Shown: in pieces, positions 39,857 to 47,845 of the stretch
How the letters are laid out: each line of letters starts with the position of its first letter
How positions within the stretch are numbered: position 1 is the first letter of the stretch
Assembly: GCA_965247115.1 (NCBI GenBank)
Contig: CBDFGR010000003.1
Coordinates: 1,632,001-1,696,000 of the forward strand
DNA: 64,000 bases
Direction: 5' to 3'
Source of the DNA: Myxococcota bacterium
GTDB taxonomy: Bacteria; Myxococcota_A; UBA9160; SZUA-336
Position numbers and translations under genes: made by a program
The notes under the pieces: model-generated
What the model was told of the DNA's origin: nothing
Database searches by the model: none
Seen by the model: the letters and a program-made list of their open reading frames with translations, nothing else

Positions 39857-39878
39857 AAAGTACACGATCGTATAGTTT
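39857..39878. promoter_or_regulatory. Probable TetR operator
   Basis: Imperfect 22-bp palindrome AAAgTAcA-CGATCG-TaTAgTTT just upstream of the tetR start, in an AT-rich divergent region. Confidence 0.55.
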
Positions 39879-39928
39879 TTACAATACCTTCGTATCACTC
39901 GACGTGCCCCTCTCGAAAGGGTCATTCC

Positions 39929-40057
39929 ATGCGACTCCATACCCGGGGCCAACACACGCTGGCGACCGCTTTGATGCTCACCGCGATCGCAGGCGCGACT
40001 GCCTGCGACGCCAATAGGATCGTCCTCCGCCAGGCGATGGGAGGGTTCGTTGACTGA
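39929..40057 (+). pseudogene. Truncated lipoprotein remnant divergent from tetR
   Basis: Signal peptide and lipobox ATAC, then a stop 16 residues after the Cys. Confidence 0.35.
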
Positions 40058-40138
40058 CTGGGCGAGGGTTCGCTCGGGTTTCTCGGACACTGCGGTTTCC
40101 CGAGGCATGAGAGAGGGCCTAACGAGAGGACGAGATCT

Positions 40139-40489
40139 ATGAACCTGAAGAACGTCTACCTGTTGCTCACGATTGTCGGAGCACTCATTCCCTACGTCTT
40201 TTTCGTGCAGTTTTTCGCGGCCGAAGGCTCGTCGCTAGGCACCTTCATCCCAGCACTATTCGCAAACGGGGCCGCAGGCGGGTTCAGTGCGGATCTGCTG
40301 ATCACATCCATAACCTTCTGGATCTTCCTGTTCGCCCAGCGGACCCCACGGATCTGGGCGTACATTGCGGTGAACCTGGTGATCGGCCTTTCGTGTGCAG
40401 TGCCTGCGTATCTCTACGTGCAAGAGCGGTCACGGGAGGAGCAGCGAAGCCCTGATGTCTCCGCGCACGCGAGGGCAGGTGAACGGTGA
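40139..40489 (+). CDS. DUF2834-like membrane protein
   Basis: YLLLTIVGALIPY, LFANGAAGGFSADLLI, IGLSCAVPAYLY. Confidence 0.75.
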   Translation: MNLKNVYLLLTIVGALIPYVFFVQFFAAEGSSLGTFIPALFANGAAGGFSADLLITSITFWIFLFAQRTPRIWAYIAVNLVIGLSCAVPAYLYVQERSREEQRSPDVSAHARAGER

Positions 40490-40795
40490 GCGACAGCCGA
40501 GTCACAGTGGCGAGCAGCGAAGCTCCCATAACCTTCGGCGATAGGCTTCGGGCGTGGCGCAAGCAACGCACGCTGCGTCCCGCAGAAGAGCTCGGAGCTG
40601 GAAGGCGCCAAAGGCCCGAAGGCGGTTGTTGAAGAAATCAGGGTGGCGATGGGAGACAGAGCTTCCGGCTCTTCAAGACACCTAAGGAGCTCGGGGTCTG
40701 AAGCTGATGTGGATCGGACTAACCGCTCGTGAGGCGCTTCGCACACTGAACGCGGTTACAGCGATGGCAAGAATCCGCCACGTGACTGGATTCTT

Positions 40796-40871
40796 TGGCT
40801 CCCCGGGAGGGACTCGAACCCCCGACCTAGTGGTTAACAGCCACCCGCTCTACCAACTGAGCTACCGAGGA
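40796..40871 (-). tRNA. tRNA-Asn (GTT)
   Basis: TCCTCGGTAGCTCAGTTGGTAGAGCGGGTGGCTGTTAACCACTAGGTCGGGGGTTCGAGTCCCTCCCGGGGAGCCA: 76-nt cloverleaf with CCA end. Confidence 0.97.
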
Positions 40872-41018
40872 AGGCGGGATCAGAGTAGGGACGTGGCAGC
40901 AGGATTCAAGTGCACTGCGACGGACTGGGTCCGCCCCTGGGGGTGGGCGGGGAAGGGCAGGACGATCCAAGGGAGTGGAGTTCCGGGAGGAGTGAGCCAC
41001 TTCTGATAGGCTCGGGCC

Positions 41019-42092
41019 ATGGCCTCCGAAACTCCCCGACAGGCCGAACCTCCGGAGCTGGCTCCGGTCCGAGCCGGCGAGGAATTCGACGGCAAGGTCA
41101 TCGAGGCTCACCTGCGCGAGCGGATTCCGGACCTGGAGGGCCCCCTGCAGGTGCTCCAGTTCCCCGGCGGGCATGCGAACCTCACCTACCTGCTGCGCTT
41201 CGGCGAGCGGGAGCTCGTCTTGCGCCGACCACCGCTTGGCCCTGTGGCCCCGCGTTCGCACGATATGGCGCGCGAGTACAAGGTGCTCTCCCGACTGGCG
41301 GAGCACTTTGGACCGGCGCCCCACGCCTACCTGCTCTGTGAGGACCAGAGCGTGATCGGGGCGACCTTCTTCATCATGGAGCGCAGGCGGGGCACCGTCG
41401 TGCGGCATCGAGTTCCAGAGGACCTGGACGTCGAGCCGGCTGCGCGCCGTCGCATGAGCATGACACTGATCAATGTTATGGCGCAGTTCCACAGCATCGA
41501 CTACAAGGCGATCGGTCTCGAGGATCTGGGCAAGCCCGAGGGCTTTGCCGAGCGCCAGGTCCACGGCTGGAAGGGCCGCTGGGAAGGCGCCAAGAACGTG
41601 GAGATCCCGCTCTTCGACCAGGTCTACGAGCGCCTTGTTGCCACGCTGCCACAGTCCCAGCGCTCGAGCCTTGTCCACAACGACCTGAAATTCGACAACG
41701 TGATGTTCCAGCCTCGCAACCCGGACAAGATCGACGCGATCCTCGACTGGGACATGACCACCCTGGGCGACCCCCTGATCGACCTCGGGACGTTGCTCGG
41801 GTACTGGGCCCAGGCCGACGACGCGAAGGATCGCGGAGCCACTACCGCCCTCACGGCACAGCCCGGGTTCCCGACCCGCGCCGAGCTCGCGGAGCACTAC
41901 GCCGAGCTTCGAGGCGTCGGCCTCGAGACCATCAGCTGGTACGAGGCCTTCGCTCTCTGGAAGAGCGCCGTGGTGCTCCAACAGATCTACATTCGCTGGG
42001 TCCGCGGACAGACAGAAGACGAGCGCTTCAAGAGCATCGGCGGCCGAGTCCCCACCCTGATCGAGCTCGCTGCCGAAGTCGTCGGACTCTGA
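41019..42092 (+). CDS. Phosphotransferase family protein (APH/ACAD10-kinase-like)
   Basis: QFPGGHANLTY, VLRRPP, HDMAREY, VHNDLKFDN, ILDWDM..GDPL. Confidence 0.9.
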   Translation: MASETPRQAEPPELAPVRAGEEFDGKVIEAHLRERIPDLEGPLQVLQFPGGHANLTYLLRFGERELVLRRPPLGPVAPRSHDMAREYKVLSRLAEHFGPAPHAYLLCEDQSVIGATFFIMERRRGTVVRHRVPEDLDVEPAARRRMSMTLINVMAQFHSIDYKAIGLEDLGKPEGFAERQVHGWKGRWEGAKNVEIPLFDQVYERLVATLPQSQRSSLVHNDLKFDNVMFQPRNPDKIDAILDWDMTTLGDPLIDLGTLLGYWAQADDAKDRGATTALTAQPGFPTRAELAEHYAELRGVGLETISWYEAFALWKSAVVLQQIYIRWVRGQTEDERFKSIGGRVPTLIELAAEVVGL

Positions 42093-42098
42093 AAGATC

Positions 42099-42170
42099 GG
42101 GGACGGTCCTTAATCTTGACTTTTCGAGATCCGCCTCGGCGCCAAAAAGTCAAGATTAAGGACCGTCCCC
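42099..42170. repeat. Perfect 26-bp inverted repeat (REP/MITE-like; possible bidirectional terminator)
   Basis: ggggacggtccttaatcttgactttt-N20-aaaagtcaagattaaggaccgtcccc between convergent genes. Confidence 0.85.
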
Positions 42171-43157
42171 AAGTTCAGGTTGTTGCTGGGTGAGGCAGTG
42201 GACGGAGCCCAGGCCGCGGACCAGGGTTCTCGACGGGATCGGGAGCGCCTTGCGGGTGGGGAAGAGGTGGGCCAGGAGGTCTAGGGCGTCCGCGTCCGAC
42301 GCTTCGCCGAAGGTCGGGACCAGGACGGCGCCGTTGGTGAGGTAGAAGTTGGCGTAGCTCGCGGGGAGGCGCTGACCATCCGCCTCGATCGGCGGCGGCA
42401 GGGGGAGGTCGACGACCTCGAGGTCGGGCTCTTCGAGCAGGCGGGCGCGGCAACGTTCGAGCGGCTCGTGGTTCGGGTCGCTCGGATCCGGGGCGCGGGC
42501 GCATACGATGCGGCCCGGAGCCGCGAAGCGGGCGATCTCGTCCACGTGCCCGTCCGTGTCGTCGCCTTCGATGCAGCCGTCGAGCCAGAGGAAGCGCGTG
42601 ACTCCGAGCAGGGCTTGGAGCGTACCTTCAATTTCGGTGAGTTCCCGGCCAGGGTTCCGTTGCTCGTCCACCAGCGTTGCCACGCTGGCGATCACGGTTC
42701 CCGTACCGTCGACCTCGAGGGATCCGCCCTCGGCAACGAGATCGGCTCGCACCCGCGGCACTCCCGCGAGGCAGGCGACGTGTTTCGCGACCGCGTCATC
42801 GCGACTCCATGGCGGGTACTTTTGCCCCCAGGAATTGAACTCCCAGTCGATTGCAAGCGCACCCCTCGTTGTGTCCTCGACGAAGGTCGGGCCGATGTCG
42901 CGCATCCAGGCATCGTCGGTCGCGACGTGGTGAAGCTGCGCGCTCGTCTCGACGCTGCGGAGTCGAGCGGCGACGTCCCGCGCCAGCTCGTCGTCCTGCA
43001 CCAGGATGTGTACCTGCTCGGACTCAGCCAGCGCGCGGACCAGCGTCTCGAACTCCGCCTGCGCCTCCGCGAGGCAGCCCGGCCAGGTGTCGGAGCTGTG
43101 GGGCCACACGACCCATGTCGCCGCGTGGCGTTCCCACTCGGCGGGCATCCGGCGCAT
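42156..43157 (-). CDS. aguA: Agmatine deiminase
   Basis: MPAEWE, DAWMRDIGP, EGGSLEVDG, DTDGHVD, SYANFY, GSVHCLTQQQP. Confidence 0.93.
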   Translation of the reverse strand: MRRMPAEWERHAATWVVWPHSSDTWPGCLAEAQAEFETLVRALAESEQVHILVQDDELARDVAARLRSVETSAQLHHVATDDAWMRDIGPTFVEDTTRGALAIDWEFNSWGQKYPPWSRDDAVAKHVACLAGVPRVRADLVAEGGSLEVDGTGTVIASVATLVDEQRNPGRELTEIEGTLQALLGVTRFLWLDGCIEGDDTDGHVDEIARFAAPGRIVCARAPDPSDPNHEPLERCRARLLEEPDLEVVDLPLPPPIEADGQRLPASYANFYLTNGAVLVPTFGEASDADALDLLAHLFPTRKALPIPSRTLVRGLGSVHCLTQQQPELGDGP

Positions 43158-44024
43158 CTAGCGGCGGAAGCGTTCGACGAGCTCTCCGTAGGCGTCTACG
43201 CGTCGGTCGCGGAGAAACGGCCAATCGCGACGCTTCTGCTCGATCAGATCGAGGGCGCAGTCGACGACGAGCAGGTCCTCCCCGTCATTCGGCGACATGC
43301 CGAGGATGCGCCCGTACGGATCGCACGCAAAGGAGCTACCCCAGAAGTTCACCTCACTCTCTTGACCGACGCGGTTCACGGCTGCTACGAAAACGCCGTT
43401 CGCGATCGCGTGCGCTTTCTGAACGGTGAGCCAGGCTTCCCGTTGCGTTGCGCGGTCCGCTACGGTCTCACTCCGGAGCCATCCGATTGCGGTCGGATAG
43501 AGGAGGATCTCTGCGCCGTCGAGTGCGAGCAGGCGCGCTGCCTCGGGAAACCACTGGTCCCAGCAGATCAGGACCCCGATCCGCCCGACTGCGGTGTCGA
43601 AGCTGTCGAACCCCGTATCTCCCGGGGAGAAGTAGAACTTCTCGTAGAAGAACGGATCGTCCGGGATGTGCATCTTCCGGTAGCGTCCGCACAGGCTGCC
43701 GTCGGCGTCGATCACGCAAGCCGTGTTGTGATAGAGACCGGCGGCCCGCCGCTCAAAGACGGGCGCGACCACCACTACGCGCAGGTCCCCCGCGAGCTTC
43801 TGCATGGCCTCCGTCGTCGGTCCCGGGATCGGCTCTGCGAGATCGAACTTGGAGGAGTCCTCGCTCTGGGGAAAGTATGGAGTGCGGAAAAGCTCTGGCA
43901 GGCAGACGAGCTCTGCCCCTCGGTCCGCGGCCGAGCGAATCGCGTCTTCGGCCCTACGCAGGCTGAGGTCAGGATCCTCCGATACGCGCTGCTGGGCGAG
44001 CGCGATCCGCCGTGTCGCGCTCAC
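43158..44024 (-). CDS. aguB: N-carbamoylputrescine amidase (carbon-nitrogen hydrolase)
   Basis: LPELF, YRKMHIPDDP.FYEKFYF, ICWDQWFPEAAR, WPFLRDRR. Confidence 0.9.
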   Translation of the reverse strand: MSATRRIALAQQRVSEDPDLSLRRAEDAIRSAADRGAELVCLPELFRTPYFPQSEDSSKFDLAEPIPGPTTEAMQKLAGDLRVVVVAPVFERRAAGLYHNTACVIDADGSLCGRYRKMHIPDDPFFYEKFYFSPGDTGFDSFDTAVGRIGVLICWDQWFPEAARLLALDGAEILLYPTAIGWLRSETVADRATQREAWLTVQKAHAIANGVFVAAVNRVGQESEVNFWGSSFACDPYGRILGMSPNDGEDLLVVDCALDLIEQKRRDWPFLRDRRVDAYGELVERFRR

Positions 44025-44046
44025 GACCTTATCCGGGAGAAAGACC

Positions 44047-46860
44047 TCACGAGTTGCCGGCGGACTCTTTCGCCGCTCGCTTTCGAGTGGACTTCTTGCG
44101 GACGCTCTTGGCACGCGATGCCTTCTTGCCAGCTGTCTTTTTCCTGCTAGAAGCCTTGCGGCTCGTCTTCTTGCGAGCCGGCTTCTTTGTAGTCGTCTTC
44201 TTGGAAGACGCGCGCCCGCCCGTCCGCTTGCGAGTTGTCTTCTTGCCGGTGCCGCGCTTGGTACCGGCCTTGCGCTGGCCCCGGCCCGATGGATTCAAGA
44301 ACTCAAAGCCGTGGCGCCCGTTCTCCTTGAGTACAAGCTTTGCGCCGAACGGCCGACCAAAGCGCGAGGTGAAGTCGTCGAGAGTGTCCGTCTCACGGGC
44401 ACTGATGAACTTCAGACAGTCTTCGCGGGTCATCTCGCGCTTGCACACCGTACGCGGCAGGATGAACGGACAGGGCTGGTCTTCTGTGGGGATCTTGTAC
44501 TTCCGCAGCGGCTGGCCCGCGGCCTTCCGCTCCTCGGCCCACGTTCGCGCCTTCTCCAGATTGCCGGCCTCTCTCTCGAGCCCGGCGGCGCAGCGGTACT
44601 GGATTGGTGTCTCGACGACGTCGCTGCCGCATCCCATGGGGCAAGGCCCGAGGGGTTGCTCGTTGACGTCGTACTCCGGCACGTCGGAGATACGCTCGCC
44701 CGCGCTGCCCTGCACGGCGTGTAGCTGGACCTCTCCTTCCTCCAGACTGAGCCGAGCGTTATAGGTACGCCCGTCCCGATACGTAAAGCCCTCGAGCTCG
44801 CCCGTCTCGCCCTTCTCGAGCAGCGTCTCTGCTGTGCGCCGATCGACGTAGCGGCCGGACTTGTCCTTCCAGATGCGGAAAGGGCAGTCCTCTTCGCGTG
44901 AGACGTCCGGCACCTCTTCGCAGCGATAGAACCAGGAGCGTTCGTACACGGGACGATCGCAGAGCGGACACTTCCCCAGCAAGGGGTCGTCCTTGTACAG
45001 GTCCTCGTAGTCGAAGCTCACCGTTACGTCGACGACTTCTTTCGTGTAGTCGACGATCTCTCTCATGAACTCGTCGACGGTGCGAACTCCCCGCTCGACC
45101 TCACTCAGGCGGAACTCCAGCTCCCCGGTGAGCTCTGGTGTGGCCAGCCGATCCGCGTGAATGCGATTGAGCACGTCTACGAGCCGGATCCCCTTGACGG
45201 TGGGTCGAAGCGCCTTGCCGATCCGCACGAGATAGCCTTTGGCGATCAGGTTCTCGATGATGTCGGCTCGGGTGGCCGGAGTGCCGATCCCCTTATCGCG
45301 CATCGCTTCTGCCAGCTCTTCGTCCTCTACCTGACGTCCGGCGCTCTCCATCAAGGACAGGAGCCGCGCCTCGCTGACGCGCGGTGCCGGCTTCGTCGTC
45401 TCTGCCTGGAGCTCCACGTCGACGGTCTCGACCTCGACGCCGGCACTTTCCGTCTGTCCAGGGATCAGCGGAGGAAGAGCCTGGTCCTCCTGCTCGACTT
45501 GACCCATGACGGCCCGCCAGCCCGGCTCGTCGAGTGTGCGCGAGCGCGAGCGGAACGAGTTCTCTCCTACCTCGGTAACCCGCTCGACGCGGGTCCAGCC
45601 CGCAGGCGGGAAGAAGGTCGCCAGGAAGCGCCGAGTCACCAGATCGAAGAGCTTCCCGTCGTCCCCGGACAGCTCTCCGCCCGGAAGCTTCCCGGTCGGG
45701 ATGACCGCGAAGTGGTCCGAGACCTTCGAGTCGTCGAACGTACGCCTGGTATTCTGCATCCCGTTCTCGACCAGGTTGCCTGCCTCACTCTGATAGGGGC
45801 CGTCTCCCGCGAACGTCTGCAGAATCTGGTCCACCGTCTCTCGATAGTCCGCGGGGAGCGCACGCGAATCCGTGCGCGGATAGGTCAGCAGCTTGTGCAT
45901 CTCGTAGCAACGCTGCGCCGCGTTCAAGGTGCGGCGGGCCGACCAGCCGAAGCGACGGTTGCCCTCTCGCTGCAGGCTTGTCAGGTCGAACAGCGGCGGG
46001 GCGGTCTCCCGGCTGGGCTTGCGAGTTTCGCGCGCCGCGCCCGCCTTCGTCGCGATGGCGTCGATGATGGCGTTCGCGCGCATCTCGTCGAAGATGCGGT
46101 TGTCACGCGCCTCTGGTTGTGTGTCGTCGGCACGGAAGGATGAATCGAACCACACGCCGAGATACTCGTGGCTTCCGGCCGAGAACCTCGCGTGCAGCTG
46201 CCAGTAGGGCAGGGGAACGTGTGAGAGGATCTCGAGCTCGCGCCCCACCAGGATAGCCAGGGTGGGTGTCTGCACTCGTCCTGCCGACCAGGCCGTCTTC
46301 TCCTTGCGGCCCTTGAGGCGCCGCGTCAGCGCGCGAGTAGCATTCAGCCCGATCAGCCAGTCGGATCGCGAGCGGCAGGCTGCTGCAGCACCTAGACCGT
46401 CGTAGTCTTCGCCGGGAGCCAGCGACTCGAAGCCTTCGAGGATGGCTCGACGGGTCATGGACTGCAGCCACAACCGCCGAGTCGGCTTCTGGTTGCCGAG
46501 AAAGTCGACGATTTCGCGGAAGATGAGCTCTCCCTCGCGTCCGGCATCGCAGGCGTTCACAACCTCGAGGACGTCATCGCGCGCCAGCAGCTTCTTGATG
46601 GTGCGGATCCGCTCGCTGGCGCCCGCTTTCTGCTTCAGCTCGAAGCGCTCCGGCAAGATCGGGAGGGTGTCGAGGGTCCAGCGCTTGTACTTCGGGTCGA
46701 CTTCCTCCGGCGAGAGCAGCTCCACGATGTGGCCGACGGAGAAGGTGACGATCAGCTCGTCACTCTCCCAGAAGCCGTCGTGCTCGTGAAATCCCCCCAG
46801 CGCCGCGACGATGTCCCGCGCGACGCTAGGCTTCTCGGTGATGACCAGCGATTTGCTCAA
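44047..46860 (-). CDS. topB: DNA topoisomerase III (type IA) with C-terminal repeats and a Lys-rich tail
   Basis: ITEKPSVA, ACDAGREGE, SAGRVQTPTL, TYPRTDS, GIGTPATRA, GFTYRDGR/FTSRFGRPF repeats; TTG start at 46860. Confidence 0.88.
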   Translation of the reverse strand: MSKSLVITEKPSVARDIVAALGGFHEHDGFWESDELIVTFSVGHIVELLSPEEVDPKYKRWTLDTLPILPERFELKQKAGASERIRTIKKLLARDDVLEVVNACDAGREGELIFREIVDFLGNQKPTRRLWLQSMTRRAILEGFESLAPGEDYDGLGAAAACRSRSDWLIGLNATRALTRRLKGRKEKTAWSAGRVQTPTLAILVGRELEILSHVPLPYWQLHARFSAGSHEYLGVWFDSSFRADDTQPEARDNRIFDEMRANAIIDAIATKAGAARETRKPSRETAPPLFDLTSLQREGNRRFGWSARRTLNAAQRCYEMHKLLTYPRTDSRALPADYRETVDQILQTFAGDGPYQSEAGNLVENGMQNTRRTFDDSKVSDHFAVIPTGKLPGGELSGDDGKLFDLVTRRFLATFFPPAGWTRVERVTEVGENSFRSRSRTLDEPGWRAVMGQVEQEDQALPPLIPGQTESAGVEVETVDVELQAETTKPAPRVSEARLLSLMESAGRQVEDEELAEAMRDKGIGTPATRADIIENLIAKGYLVRIGKALRPTVKGIRLVDVLNRIHADRLATPELTGELEFRLSEVERGVRTVDEFMREIVDYTKEVVDVTVSFDYEDLYKDDPLLGKCPLCDRPVYERSWFYRCEEVPDVSREEDCPFRIWKDKSGRYVDRRTAETLLEKGETGELEGFTYRDGRTYNARLSLEEGEVQLHAVQGSAGERISDVPEYDVNEQPLGPCPMGCGSDVVETPIQYRCAAGLEREAGNLEKARTWAEERKAAGQPLRKYKIPTEDQPCPFILPRTVCKREMTREDCLKFISARETDTLDDFTSRFGRPFGAKLVLKENGRHGFEFLNPSGRGQRKAGTKRGTGKKTTRKRTGGRASSKKTTTKKPARKKTSRKASSRKKTAGKKASRAKSVRKKSTRKRAAKESAGNS

Positions 46861-47170
46861 CGTTGCTCCCGACCCTGCGGAGTGGTCCCCTTTAGCCCCC
46901 CTGTGGCGCGGAGGCAAGTCGCGAGGCCATCATCGGGGATCTGCACGGGCAACCTGAGGGCGCCTCTTTGAGGGATAATAGCCCCGTATCACGGCCCTTG
47001 ATCACCTATCGCAACTGGCTGTTTATTCAACGGAAACGATATATTCGAGACCGATTCGCGGGGTTGATCCCACATTCCGAAAAAAGCGAGATCCGGGTCT
47101 CCCGGAGCTGGCTTTTCGCCCGTTGCTCGCTGCGGCTAAGATGGTCCAACACTCTGCGGAGGAGTCAGGA

Positions 47171-47746
47171 ATGTCGGACTTGGCACTGCAGCGCATCGAG
47201 AGCGCAATCGCCCGGCTGAGCGAGCAACAGGCGCAGATCTGCGCGAGGATCTCCGCCCTGGAGGGGGGAGTCGGGCGTCTGGCTGGTCAGAAGAAGCTCG
47301 ACAAGCAAGAGGTTCTCACCTTTCTCGACTCCTTCCGCGCCGGCGAAGCGCTTGGCGAGGCCTCGCTCGGGGCCTGGCTCGCGGTGAGCGACACGGCCTG
47401 TGTTCGCGGCGGACTCCGGACGGCCCAGCAGCGCGAGGGGATGCACGCCCGCCTGCTCGAGGAGCGTCTGCGCGAGCTCGGAGCGGCGCCCAGCTTCGAG
47501 ATTCCGCCGGAGGAGCGCGAGAAGGCAATGAAGAGCTCCGCCTCGACCGAGAAGACCGACGCCCAGAAGCTGCTCGAATTCGTACAGCGCTTCCCTGACA
47601 TCGATGCCGCGCTCAAGCCGATTCACGACATCGCGGACCAGCTCGACGACGATCCGGAGACACAGTTCCTGTTGCGCACCATTGCGCAGGACGAGCGCTC
47701 AACGCTCCAGTTCTTCGCCGATGCCTGCGCGCTGCTGAACGGCTAG
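47171..47746 (+). CDS. Ferritin-like domain protein with an N-terminal coiled coil
   Basis: RAGEALGE, REGMH, QDERST; GGAG RBS. Confidence 0.65.
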   Translation: MSDLALQRIESAIARLSEQQAQICARISALEGGVGRLAGQKKLDKQEVLTFLDSFRAGEALGEASLGAWLAVSDTACVRGGLRTAQQREGMHARLLEERLRELGAAPSFEIPPEEREKAMKSSASTEKTDAQKLLEFVQRFPDIDAALKPIHDIADQLDDDPETQFLLRTIAQDERSTLQFFADACALLNG

Positions 47747-47845
47747 ACCCCTCCGCCGCAAGTCGGCCACCACCCCTCAAGGAAATTTGCCCGGCTGCCG
47801 TTGAGCTTGTCGGGACGGCTGCGTGCGCGAGGGGGTGCAGGTCTA

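Larger units (their letters stand above)
33645..40795. mobile_element. Degenerate genomic island integrated at tRNA-Asn (no integrase seen)
   Basis: Flanked by tRNA-Asn and its partial direct repeat; interior is more AT-rich by eye and contains pseudogenes. Confidence 0.7.

Noticed and set aside
40490..40795. Integrase remnant next to the tRNA
   Set aside because: No R-H-R-Y or other recombinase motif is recognisable in the translated frames.
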